Origin: a virus
Lineage: Duplodnaviria > Heunggongvirae > Uroviricota > Caudoviricetes
IMG/VR virus record: IMGVR_UViG_3300031951_000072
Coordinates: 64,001-91,737 of that record
Strand: one strand, 5' to 3'
Length of the DNA stretch: 27,737 nt
Both the position numbers and the translations under genes were made by a program. Numbering within the stretch: the first letter of the stretch is position 1; each line of letters begins with the position of its first letter. Below the pieces are notes generated by a model, which searched no databases, was not told where the DNA came from, and worked only from the letters and a program-made list of their open reading frames with translations. This document shows positions 15,564 to 26,100 of the stretch, piece by piece.

Positions 15564-17771
15564 TTAAAAATCCAATCTTACTGCAAATTGCTGAGTACCT
15601 TGCCTTTGTATAGGTGACTGCAACTTTGTTATTACAACCAAATCTTTATCGACATCAAACAAACCAACTTCAGTTATAAAACTATTTGTTCCTGGAACCC
15701 ATGTTGGGTTAGTTGTGTTTGTAAATTGTGTTGAAACTAAATTACATAAAAACCTCATTTCATAAATAGTTGCCTCAATATCTGTCTCGATATTTCCATA
15801 AAAAAAATACTCCTCACCAAAATTCAAAAGATCTTCTTGCCCTGATGGTTCTGGTAAAGGTAAATAATCTGCTAAATCATATGTATCGGCATTATTATAC
15901 ATATCGTAGCTAATAATGAATGTATTTGATGTCATAGCAGAAGGCGAAATTGCTCCATTGCAAGTATCACCGCTCACCCTATAAGTAAAATCAATTTTTT
16001 TCCAAGCTCCAGGCGAAGGTTGTGTTGTAGAACCAGAAACCAACTGAGCTAATACCATAAATTCATTCGCATTAAATCCACTAAAACAAGTGCAACCAGA
16101 ATTCATAAAAGGAAATTCCTCACCAAATTTAATAGCAACGTTTTGCCTGTCTTGATTACACTCATCACTAGGACCTTGCACTTTAGAATAATAATTACAA
16201 TGCAATGAGTCAGTAAATCCAAATGTTGAATTAAATCTATACGTAATATACATGTACTCTTGGTTATTACCTATAACACCAAAGTCATCAACGTCAGCAT
16301 CACACAAATTGGGGGCAACCAAAGACAAAGATGGTGCAGGTAATGTCCAGTTTCTATTTGATTTATACGATAAGGCTGCTACGATTTCGTCATCGTCAAA
16401 CACAATAGTTTTTATATCAGGAAATACTTTTCCTACTCTATTTGGTGTACCTAAGTTATTTACATGTGTATCCCACAAATGATAGTATCTTAGCCCTGGA
16501 TTATTCATATCATTATCCACAGCAGATTTCATATATTTGACTTGGAATAATCCCTGAACCCCAACATCCGGATCAACATAAAAAGTCTCCCCCATTTGAC
16601 CGGTAGATGACTTATGCCACATTAGCCAAGGTATTGAAACTTTAAAGTTTCTAGCAAAACCAGTCGTCTCTAAACTTTGCGGATCGAATGGTCTTAACGC
16701 AAATTTTTCACCATAAAAACTATCAATAGCATTGTTTGTATAATGAACTATAGCAATAGCCTTTTGCTCATTAGGATTTTGATAAACAGGTTTTTGATAT
16801 GAATTAAAATAATAAGTATCTGTTGTTTCAGCAGTTAATGCAGGTGAAACCCAAAATGTTTGACCGCTTAGTTCTTGATAGCCAAAATATTCTTTACTAC
16901 CAAGATATGTTCGTGAATTATATTTTGTGAAATCTTCATTCAAAGTAGAAACCACACCTGCCGGACTTACTGACCAAGGAATATTCATATTCCAAATTTT
17001 AACATCGGTGTTACCTAAATCACAAATAGATTCAAAGTTAATAACATCAGGTGGCCAGTATCCTTCAGGCGTATTGTAATCATATAACTCAGTCATACCT
17101 GAAGGGTATATTAATACTCTAGCCGTTCCACAACAACCCGACTCAGAATAATTAGGTATATTCCTATCCAAAGTTAGTGTATTACCTGATACTGATTGTA
17201 TTTTATAAGTTAAAATTGGAAAGTTTGCAGTTAACCCACTATTACATGAACCAACCCCATCATAATAAATCGTAGCAAAATGACCGGAAAATGTTACTCC
17301 TGTTGTTGTAGAACAAAAATCGTCTGTTAATGTTATAGTATTACCACTATTTGAACAAAGGTCCAAAATGTAATTAGAACTAATAGTGTATGCTGAAGAA
17401 GTTTTTGCCGTCCATGAATTAGCCGAACCACTAAAAAAGCCTCTTGGTGCTGCTGTGTTGAATACCGAATAAATTTGTGAGTCCTCAAACGCTAAACCAT
17501 ATGTATTGCCAGATGAACCAGATACATAATATGGATATTTTATATGCATTTTATTTGTCTCTGGATTCTGACTAGAATTTTGAGCATTATATGCGGCCTC
17601 TATTATATTATTGTTTGTTTGATTATAACCTGGTATCTGATTATATAGCACTTCACTATCCCCAATTTGGAAATAACGAATATCTAGTTTACCTTTAGAT
17701 AGCTTTAATCTACCGGTATCTGTAAACCTTGTATTTAATAGACCTGATGTATTTTTTATTATATATGCCAT
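15564..17771 (-). CDS. Putative baseplate/tail-associated structural protein (735 aa)
   Basis: N-terminus FTDTGRLKLSKGKLDIRYFQIGDSEV and C-terminus ITEVGLFD..KDLVVITKL...VRLDF resemble tail-fibre attachment (DUF3751-like) motifs; Ser/Thr/Gly/Asn-rich beta composition. Confidence 0.6.
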   Translation of the reverse strand: MAYIIKNTSGLLNTRFTDTGRLKLSKGKLDIRYFQIGDSEVLYNQIPGYNQTNNNIIEAAYNAQNSSQNPETNKMHIKYPYYVSGSSGNTYGLAFEDSQIYSVFNTAAPRGFFSGSANSWTAKTSSAYTISSNYILDLCSNSGNTITLTDDFCSTTTGVTFSGHFATIYYDGVGSCNSGLTANFPILTYKIQSVSGNTLTLDRNIPNYSESGCCGTARVLIYPSGMTELYDYNTPEGYWPPDVINFESICDLGNTDVKIWNMNIPWSVSPAGVVSTLNEDFTKYNSRTYLGSKEYFGYQELSGQTFWVSPALTAETTDTYYFNSYQKPVYQNPNEQKAIAIVHYTNNAIDSFYGEKFALRPFDPQSLETTGFARNFKVSIPWLMWHKSSTGQMGETFYVDPDVGVQGLFQVKYMKSAVDNDMNNPGLRYYHLWDTHVNNLGTPNRVGKVFPDIKTIVFDDDEIVAALSYKSNRNWTLPAPSLSLVAPNLCDADVDDFGVIGNNQEYMYITYRFNSTFGFTDSLHCNYYSKVQGPSDECNQDRQNVAIKFGEEFPFMNSGCTCFSGFNANEFMVLAQLVSGSTTQPSPGAWKKIDFTYRVSGDTCNGAISPSAMTSNTFIISYDMYNNADTYDLADYLPLPEPSGQEDLLNFGEEYFFYGNIETDIEATIYEMRFLCNLVSTQFTNTTNPTWVPGTNSFITEVGLFDVDKDLVVITKLQSPIQRQGTQQFAVRLDF

Positions 17772-17775
17772 AACG

Positions 17776-17782
17776 ATAAATA
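17776..17782 (-). promoter_or_regulatory. TATTTAT motif, putative late promoter element
   Basis: GATATTTATCGTTATG: motif 4 nt before ATG 17771. Confidence 0.45.
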
Positions 17783-17801
17783 TCCTATTTAATGTAAATT
17801 A

Positions 17802-19178
17802 TTAGCCACTAGGTGGGTTATTAGGGTCTTGCTGCGGTATTTGTTGAGGTATTTGCGTGGTACTCTCAATTATTGTTGTTGGTTGAATTATAACACAATC
17901 ATTATCCACCGTAATATTTGACAAATAAGCATTTATCCCAACCGTACCTCTTGTATAACATAATGGATCGAATGTGAAGCCAGGATCAATATCTATTGTA
18001 TATTCAATGTAACCAACAATATTTGATGTGTTATTACCTGTTATGGCTGTAGCAGAATATATATCATATGCAGCATATACATCATGTATCGGATTACATT
18101 GTGACGTAGATATATTGATGAATGGCCCACTATCTATTATTGACATTGTTTTTTGAATATTATTCACACTAATACTATGCCCTGTTGTTATAAAACTAAC
18201 TGTTCCAGGCTCAGAATAGGTTTTAGTGTATGTTACAACATAATCAAACTCAATATTAACACCTACAGGCAATAATGATGTATCAATAGTAAAGTCGATT
18301 TTGTATTTTGTTAAGTCATTTATAGTTGTACCAACTCTATCCGGGCCAGCAGTAACAACCATCGGTAATTCATAAGTTTTTGGTTGAGATGGTGATAGTG
18401 TAACGTCACAACTAGTTGTATTACCTGATGAATCTTTAGCATAGACTGTATATGCCCCAGAAAATAACCCATTAAATATCCCAACATTAATAAAATTAAC
18501 ATTATCTAAAGAATATTGCCAAGGAGGATTACCACCAGTTGCCACCGAAGTTATTGACCCATCATTTTCGTTTACACATGATGGACTATTAAAATTACAC
18601 TTTATACTATATGTCTTATCTGCACTTTGACATTGACCCTCTGTTGATTTACAACTAAAAAATTGAGCGTTATTACCAAAGACAAACCATCCTGTCAATG
18701 GGGTATCTTTCGGGTCTGAGCTTCGTATAATTAAGCTAGGATAATCAGGTATTGGGTCTAGCTCCCAATATTGATTTATAAAATTCCATCTGGCATAATA
18801 GTTTATCAGATTTATTGTCGTAAAATACTCAGGTTTACCATTATAAGAGTTGCCGTTATAACAAAATGTATATCTTTTAAGCGTATTTGTTCTTGAATTT
18901 GTAATTGATAAACAAAAACAAGGATATGTTTTAATTGGATCTGAAATGTTTATTGTATTATACAAGCCACATAAATTGTTATATAATAATATTTTTTTAC
19001 TTGTATCTGGGACTACAACTAAAACCCCTGTTATTAACTCCGAAAAAGTTAATCCTGTAGCAAATTCTGTTGTTAAATATTTAGTAGCCAAACTACTAGA
19101 TGATATATTATCATAATACACCGAAAAAGTTCCGTCAGGAGTTCCTGCTGTTATTGTTATATTAAATATCCTATTCAT
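17802..19178 (-). CDS. Putative virion structural protein with SprB-like repeat (458 aa)
   Basis: True start is ATG 19178 (MNRIFNI), just after the upstream TAA. Contains CVNENDGSITSVATGGNPPWQYSLD...FNGLFSGAYTVYAKDSSG. Confidence 0.7.
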   Translation of the reverse strand: MNRIFNITITAGTPDGTFSVYYDNISSSSLATKYLTTEFATGLTFSELITGVLVVVPDTSKKILLYNNLCGLYNTINISDPIKTYPCFCLSITNSRTNTLKRYTFCYNGNSYNGKPEYFTTINLINYYARWNFINQYWELDPIPDYPSLIIRSSDPKDTPLTGWFVFGNNAQFFSCKSTEGQCQSADKTYSIKCNFNSPSCVNENDGSITSVATGGNPPWQYSLDNVNFINVGIFNGLFSGAYTVYAKDSSGNTTSCDVTLSPSQPKTYELPMVVTAGPDRVGTTINDLTKYKIDFTIDTSLLPVGVNIEFDYVVTYTKTYSEPGTVSFITTGHSISVNNIQKTMSIIDSGPFINISTSQCNPIHDVYAAYDIYSATAITGNNTSNIVGYIEYTIDIDPGFTFDPLCYTRGTVGINAYLSNITVDNDCVIIQPTTIIESTTQIPQQIPQQDPNNPPSG

Positions 19179-19179
19179 A

Positions 19180-20094
19180 TTATGGTGTCGGAGTTGGCGT
19201 AGGTGTTGGTGTTGATGTCGGAGTAGGACTAACTGTAGGTGTTGGTGTTGATGTTGGTGTCGGGCTAGGAGATATTGTTGGTATTGAACAAGTGCCAATA
19301 TTTAAAACAGACCCCAAAGAATTTGTTTGTATCCAATAAATACCGTTTGAATAATACCCTTCAACTACAGGCATTGTTAATTCATAATCATAATAAATGA
19401 TATCCCCACTTTGCATTTCAAATATTTGTGAAACTGTTGACCAGTATTCTTTTGTTTCACCAGAACATGATGACAAGATAGTTGTTCCGCTACCTAATAA
19501 CAAATAGTTAAGTTCACTAACAGAGCCAGAAAAAATACAATCTAATGGTTCTATTAATTCGCAGCTAACGGTTGTTATAAAGTCATAATATTTATCAGTA
19601 ATTGTGGCATTATATGTACCTGCACTCAAGTTATATATTGTTGTACCAGTAGCTGTGGTATTATTAGGTAATGACCATACAACATAATATGGTGCTGTAC
19701 CCCCAGTTATTGCTAAAGATAATATTCCACTATTAGGACTATTAACGTCAGGATTTATTGCAATACACTGAGCACCTAATGGAAATAATGTTATTGGTTC
19801 ACATTCGTTATATGAAACCCCTGGTATCGGAGGTGGAGGTAATGGCGTTGGCTCTGGCCCTGGACATGGCAAGCATCCTGAATATGAACATGTCATACCA
19901 GATCCAGCATCAACCAAAGGTATATCATCATTTAGAATGGTAAAATATACCTTAATATCTGGCTCTTCAATAACTTTGTAACAAAAATTAATTGGCTTGC
20001 TGATTAATAAATTACCAACAGTGTATTTTGTTCCTGATTTTATTTTATATATTTGATTATCACAGCATCCTGTAACATAGCTACTTAAATTCAT
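19180..20094 (-). CDS. Cys-rich putative virion protein with SprB-like repeat and Pro-Thr tail (304 aa)
   Basis: Start ATG 20094 (MNLSSY). GILSLAITGGTAPYYVVW...NLSAGTYNATITD; C-terminal PTPTSTPTPT tract. Confidence 0.7.
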   Translation of the reverse strand: MNLSSYVTGCCDNQIYKIKSGTKYTVGNLLISKPINFCYKVIEEPDIKVYFTILNDDIPLVDAGSGMTCSYSGCLPCPGPEPTPLPPPPIPGVSYNECEPITLFPLGAQCIAINPDVNSPNSGILSLAITGGTAPYYVVWSLPNNTTATGTTIYNLSAGTYNATITDKYYDFITTVSCELIEPLDCIFSGSVSELNYLLLGSGTTILSSCSGETKEYWSTVSQIFEMQSGDIIYYDYELTMPVVEGYYSNGIYWIQTNSLGSVLNIGTCSIPTISPSPTPTSTPTPTVSPTPTSTPTPTPTPTP

Positions 20095-20099
20095 ATAAT

Positions 20100-20318
20100 T
20101 TATATTACAATTAAAGATTTTATCACACAATTATTCCCATCTAATACCCGGATACCAACTTCACTTAAATTATTGTATGGTTCTGGAACTAAAAAAGAAT
20201 ATGGTATGTCAGCATCATTTATTGTTGTAACGTATGCACACATGTTATATGTATTGTCACAAATATATACTGTGTATGGTTGTGTTCCGATTAAGTCTGT
20301 AATAGTTATCTCTTTCAT
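20100..20318 (-). CDS. Small beta-rich putative structural protein (72 aa)
   Basis: GTQPYTVYIC...VLDGNNC, resembling a degenerate SprB/Ig-like module. Confidence 0.65.
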   Translation of the reverse strand: MKEITITDLIGTQPYTVYICDNTYNMCAYVTTINDADIPYSFLVPEPYNNLSEVGIRVLDGNNCVIKSLIVI

Positions 20319-20324
20319 ATTATT

Positions 20325-22115
20325 TTAACTTACACATGTTCCCCAAACTATTGTCACAACAGTAGATCCTATTAATATTGTTGACCCACTAGACGGTATG
20401 GATGTTCCATTTATTTTTACATTATATAATGTGTATCTAATCGGAGTGCCTCCTCCTCCTGAATTCCAATAACCTGTTTTAGTGTCTGGAGTTAAAGATA
20501 CTATCCCAGAATTACCAGTGTTAAATGTTACTAGACTGCTCAGATTATTATATTGAGCACCAGCAACACCTGATGTACAACCTATATCATCATAACCATC
20601 ACCAAAAACTGTTGAAACTGTTAAGTTACCTGTTATAGGTGTATTTAGTTCCGCAACAAATATTGGGAACGATGAACTAGATATATTGTCCATTGTTAAA
20701 TATAATGTTGGGATAACGTCTGTCGGTGTTGGTGTTGGTGTTGAAGTCGGTGTATTCGTAGGAGTGCTTGTTGGTGCCGGAGCAGGTGTCGAAGTTGGGC
20801 CTGTTGCCGTTGGAGATAATGTAGGTGTTGGTGATATCGTGCTTGTTGGTGTTATTGTCGGTGTAGGTGTTGGCGTTGGAGTTATTGAACAGTTATCACA
20901 ACCTGGACCTAAAACCCATATTATGTCATTGAGGATAGCATTTGACGAATTACTTGATAATGACTCGTATGTTACACATTTTGAAACGCCATTTATTACA
21001 CAATTAAATGTAACTCCAGTCTCAATTGATAATCCTGAAAATACCAATGAGTCAACAACATAGTATGTGTCTCCTGATATACAATCAACTAGTTTTTTTG
21101 TTTTAGTATCTGTAAATGTATCATCAACTAAAGTATATGTTACATCACCACTAAAGCAAACGCTATAACCCGTTATTGGTGTTGCCGTAGGTGTCGCACT
21201 AGGTGTTGGTGTAGGTAATGTTGTAGCACTTAAAGAAATACTAGATAACGAACAATCAGATGTCGGCGTTGGTGTCGGTGTTGGTGTTGGAGTAGATGTC
21301 GGTGTAGGGCTTATTGTTGCTGTTGGTGTTGGTGTTATTATCTCACAATTAAAATACGCATTAAAATCAAAATCGTCGCATATTGCAGGTGTTGGCGTTG
21401 GTGTTACAACACAAACTCCTTCTGTTAATTCAGATAATGAAATGTCTGGGCAATTTTCGTAACAAGGAACTTTACCAAATAAAAAACAATCTCCACCCAA
21501 ACTATCAGATAAACACCATTTATACCCTGTATTATATAAATACCCTATTTGATCTGTACCCCCAGTATAATACGCATATCCATTATAGTTACCAACTTTA
21601 TTATAGGTCCCATCATTATCAAAATAATTATTAGTATCTAAGCAATATTGGTTAATCGGACATTCAGGCCCTATATACGTAGGTGTCGGTGTTGGTGATG
21701 GTGTAGGTGTAGGCGTTTGTGTTGGTGTAGGTGTAGGGCATGTTATGCAGCCTTCACAACTAACTTGCTGGACAAATATACCTGTTGTCCCATCATATAC
21801 TGTTCCTCCACCTAAATTATCTATATAGGTGCAACCAGTATATCCTGAAACAGTAACGTGATAAAAGTTAGAAACTAATTGTGCCGGAATACCACTAACT
21901 GTAAATGTTATGCCACTATCACAACAATCCGTAAAATTGTATTGATAACTAGCACAGGCTGGACTACAACTCATGTCAGTTAATGTTATTCCAGAATATG
22001 AGTAATCGTCATTTAAACAAATTGGTGTACCAATAGTAGATCCGCTTTGGAAATAACCGCAACAATCTGTATATTGCCAGGAGCTAGAATTAGTTACACC
22101 AGATAGACAAGCCAT
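20325..22115 (-). CDS. Cys-rich, mucin-like Pro-Thr repeat putative virion fibre protein (596 aa)
   Basis: About 30 Cys in globular segments separated by five PT-rich tracts. Confidence 0.75.
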   Translation of the reverse strand: MACLSGVTNSSSWQYTDCCGYFQSGSTIGTPICLNDDYSYSGITLTDMSCSPACASYQYNFTDCCDSGITFTVSGIPAQLVSNFYHVTVSGYTGCTYIDNLGGGTVYDGTTGIFVQQVSCEGCITCPTPTPTQTPTPTPSPTPTPTYIGPECPINQYCLDTNNYFDNDGTYNKVGNYNGYAYYTGGTDQIGYLYNTGYKWCLSDSLGGDCFLFGKVPCYENCPDISLSELTEGVCVVTPTPTPAICDDFDFNAYFNCEIITPTPTATISPTPTSTPTPTPTPTPTSDCSLSSISLSATTLPTPTPSATPTATPITGYSVCFSGDVTYTLVDDTFTDTKTKKLVDCISGDTYYVVDSLVFSGLSIETGVTFNCVINGVSKCVTYESLSSNSSNAILNDIIWVLGPGCDNCSITPTPTPTPTITPTSTISPTPTLSPTATGPTSTPAPAPTSTPTNTPTSTPTPTPTDVIPTLYLTMDNISSSSFPIFVAELNTPITGNLTVSTVFGDGYDDIGCTSGVAGAQYNNLSSLVTFNTGNSGIVSLTPDTKTGYWNSGGGGTPIRYTLYNVKINGTSIPSSGSTILIGSTVVTIVWGTCVS

Positions 22116-22132
22116 GAATAATGTTTTATACT

Positions 22133-22139
22133 ATAAATA
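22133..22139 (-). promoter_or_regulatory. TATTTAT motif, putative late promoter element
   Basis: Intergenic, 17 nt upstream of ATG 22115, at the head of the structural operon. Confidence 0.45.
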
Positions 22140-22193
22140 ACTAGAATTTAATTTTTTTGATAAAATCAATGAAAAATAATAAGCTAATTTATT

Positions 22194-22201
22194 TAATTTT
22201 G
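22194..22201 (+). promoter_or_regulatory. Bacteroidota sigmaA-type -7 element (TAATTTTG) for the glycosyltransferase operon
   Basis: TAnnTTTG match 30 nt upstream of ATG 22232 in the divergent intergenic region; no clear -33 element; AT-rich context weakens it. Confidence 0.4.
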
Positions 22202-22231
22202 AATTAAAAAACATTATTTTTTTAACAAAAA

Positions 22232-23173
22232 ATGAAAAAAGTATTCCTAGATTTATCCGAAGCAAAAGGCTTAGGTGATACGCTATCAGCAACCCCTGTT
22301 ATTAGGAAATTAAAAGAATCATATGGTTCCAAAATATATGTCATAACGAATTATCCTGAGTTATTCCATAATAACAGAAATGTTGAAAAAGCTTATTATG
22401 TAAATGCAATTAATATAGAAAATGTAAAATCAACACAGATATATCATTCATCATTCAATAATGTTGGTAAGAAAAATGAGTTTGGTGTTGAATTTAAAAG
22501 TAATGTATGTGATATAAGACAATATCATGCTATGACGCTTGGCTTTCAATTATCTGAAGATGATTTGTATACAGAATATGAACCCGATGAATATATACCA
22601 ATTGATGGACTACCAGAAAAATTCGTTTTAATCCATCCCGCAGAAAATTGGCCCTCAAGAACCTGGGATAAAGACAAATGGGCCGATCTTGTTAATTTAT
22701 TATGCGGAAATAATATAAATGTTGTTATTACAGGTAAAAACACCGAGGAATATGGATTTTTTCACATTACAAAAAAAATATTTAGCATAAAACAAGACTT
22801 GGTTTTAGATTTATCAAACAAAAGTAATATATCGCAAACCTGGCACTTAATTGATAAATCTTCTTGTTTTGTAACAATGGATTCAGGACTGCTGCATTTA
22901 GCAGGAACAACAGATGCCGAAATAATTCAACTCGGAAGCTCCATAAATAACGAATTTAGAGCCCCATATAGATATATGTCACAAGATTACAAATACCATT
23001 ATATCTCAGGTCCTTGTGGAATATTTTGTGCTTCAGACATGAAATATGGTGTTAGAGAATGGGGTACAATACATGGTGTTCCCCCATTAATTGGCTGCTT
23101 AGAAAATAAACCTGAATTTGAATGCCACCCATCGGTAATTGATGTTTACGAAACAATTATGAAAATCATATGA
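22232..23173 (+). CDS. GT9-family (heptosyltransferase-like) glycosyltransferase
   Basis: GLGDTLSATP, LIHP..WPSRTW..DKW and FVTMDSGLLHLA are GT9 signatures; four-Cys C-terminal motif. Confidence 0.85.
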   Translation: MKKVFLDLSEAKGLGDTLSATPVIRKLKESYGSKIYVITNYPELFHNNRNVEKAYYVNAINIENVKSTQIYHSSFNNVGKKNEFGVEFKSNVCDIRQYHAMTLGFQLSEDDLYTEYEPDEYIPIDGLPEKFVLIHPAENWPSRTWDKDKWADLVNLLCGNNINVVITGKNTEEYGFFHITKKIFSIKQDLVLDLSNKSNISQTWHLIDKSSCFVTMDSGLLHLAGTTDAEIIQLGSSINNEFRAPYRYMSQDYKYHYISGPCGIFCASDMKYGVREWGTIHGVPPLIGCLENKPEFECHPSVIDVYETIMKII

Positions 23174-26100
23174 ATAATAAACTTAAATTTGATAAAGCGT
23201 ATATTTTGTATGCAACCGAAAATTATTTTCCAGTAATAGAATGTACTATAACTAGTATTAGGAAGTTCTCTAAATTACCGATAATAGTTTATTCTATAAA
23301 TAAAAAATTTGAAACATCTAATAATGACGTATATTGTGAAGTAATGTATAATATACATTTAAGGCATAAAAATAATGATGATTTATACATTAAAGGATTG
23401 GATGAATCTAATTTTTATATTAAAAGAGAAAACCCTCACATATATTCAATATTAATCCAAAAACCATTTATAACAATACATGCCTTAGAAAATTATGCTA
23501 AAACAGTATTCTTTATTGATGCCGACTCAGTTATATTCAACAATATTGACATTTTTTTTGATTTATATCCAGAAAATGAAAATATTCCTTATTTTACCAA
23601 AGGCATTTATGATTTTTTAGCATATAACGAAATTGGTCATGAAGACGGTTTAGAAAATACCGTTGAACACAAATTATGCGAATTATTGAATATTGATCAA
23701 TCATTTAGGCTAAATACAAGTTATAGGCAATCTGGTTATTATATATCAGGCCAGAAGAGTATACCATTTTTAAATGAATGGTATATTACTTGCGGAATGG
23801 ATATAATATTTAGGAACCATGCAATTTATGCCCCTTATAACGAAGAAACCGTATTAAACTGCTTATTATGGAAATATAAAATAGATAAGGGTTTGCCTTT
23901 AATATATGTTAACGGATCGTTAGATAGAATTGATATTATCAATGATAACAAAAATTATTTAGGTATTGAAAACGAAATACAAGAATGGTTTAAACTACCT
24001 CCCCAGAAAAATTCTGTGTATTTTATACATGGTGAAAAAAGACCAAATATTATTATGGATATGATAAATAAAATTGATGAAATAAAAAACCGAGATAGCG
24101 GAAAAAAAACAAATATATTGTATTTAGCCCCTCATTTATCAACAGGTGGTATGCCAGCTTTTCTACTAAAAAGAATTGAGGCCATAAAAAAATACTATAA
24201 TGACGAATTTAATATTTTTGTTGTTGAATATACAAATTATGGCGATGCATTTTCAGTGCAAAAAGATATGATAAAAACTATGATCGATTCTGATAAGTTT
24301 TATTCCTTAGGATATTTAGGTGAACCTATTGATAATAAATACAAGTTATTGGATATTATTAAATATAATAATATAGACGTAGTACATATTGATGAACCAA
24401 TTGAAGGCTTTGACTCATTTAATCCTGTGCCAAGAGATTTAATTAACCTACTATATTCTGAGGACAGATCTTGGAATATTGTCGAAACATGCCATAATGT
24501 TGTATTTAATCCTAAACAATCAAAAGAATTTCATCCTGACGCATATGCTTTATGCTCAAAATATCATAAAAATGTAACTTTTGCTGATGAAAAAGAAATT
24601 TTAGAGTTAATTGAATATCCGATTGAAAATTTCAAAAAAACAAAAGCTGAAAAATTAAAAGCGCAATTAAGTTTAAATTTAGATCCTGAAGTAAGACACG
24701 TATTAAATGTCGGTATTTGGACACCAGGTAAAAATCAAAAAGAATTCGTAGAAATTGCAAAATTGTTTGAAAACAATAACAATTTACATTTTCATGCTAT
24801 TGGTTCCTTAGCACCTAATTTTGAAGACTATTGGGGCCCAATTGTTGAAAATTTACCTAAGAACATAACTGTATGGGGTGAAAGAAATGACGTTCATGCA
24901 TTTATGGCAGCTTCTGATGTTTTAATATTTAACTCAACATTTGAGTGTAACCCAATAACTCTAAAAGAAGCTATATCTTTTGGATTGAAAATATTAGCAA
25001 GAGATCTAAATGTTTATTTAGACACATACTCACAATATATTATACCAATAGATGATAATATTTTAGACACAAAAAATAAATTAGAAAAAATTGTAAATTC
25101 AAAATTATTTTCATATACAGCAACTAATGAACAGAATTCTTTTGCGGAAAAACATGTTAATTTATATCTAAATTTAAAAAACAAAGAATCCAAATATAAA
25201 TTAGATATAGCTCAATCATTTGTTGGTCAACCTTATTTTGAAATAAAAGGAAAGGATAATAACACATATCACGTAGAATTTATTGATGAAAATAACACAC
25301 TTGTTTATTCTGAAAATATCACCACAAATACTTGGATAAGACTTAACCGAAAATATTATACAAAATGGAAAACTAATGTATCTATTGATGATAAAATTAT
25401 ATATTCAAAAACATTATCATTAAAAAATGAAAGAGTTTATATCGCATTCGATAGTAACTCGTTAGGCGATACAATTGCTTGGATGCCATATTGCTTAGAA
25501 TTTAAGAAAAAACACAATTGTTATTTGATTGTATCAACATTTTGGAATAAATTATTTGTTGATGTTTACCCTGAAATTGAGTTCGTAACTCCTGGTGATA
25601 TTGTTTATGACTTATACGCGATGTATAACATAGGATATTATTATGATAATAATAGTGCCCCAGAAAACCCTCAAATAATACCCTTGCAAAAGGTGGCAAC
25701 AAACATTTTAGGATTAAATTACCATGAAATTTCTCCAAGGATTAAATTTAATCCGGGGAAAAGACCTATTGAATCTAGATACGTTACCATAGCAACAGAT
25801 TCTACAGCCCAACTAAAATATTGGAATTATCCTAGAGGTTGGGAAATACTTTGTGAGTATCTTCAAAATTGCGGATATAAAGTTATCTCTGTCTCAAAAG
25901 AAGCGTCTAAAATTAATGGGGTTATAAACTTATCCGATACATCAATAGAAAATACTATGAATGTGATTCATCATAGTGAGTTTTTAATCGGTTTATCTAG
26001 CGGTCTATCATGGCTTGCTTGGGCATTAGATAAACATGTTGTTATGATCGCTAATTTCACGGATGAGGACCAAGAATTTAAATCAAATTGTACTAGAATT

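Noticed and set aside
19179-19298. HQHQHQH-rich N-terminal extension of the 498-aa ORF
   Set aside because: Alternate-frame reading of the upstream PT tail; ATG 19178 directly follows the upstream stop.
20686-21063. Plus-strand Val-Gly repeat ORF
   Set aside because: Antisense mirror of the Pro-Thr codons; no independent support.
22125-22137. Short palindromes near TATTTAT sites as N4-like hairpin promoters
   Set aside because: Stems at 22125-22137 and 17775-17784 are short, AT-rich and expected by chance; no conserved loop.
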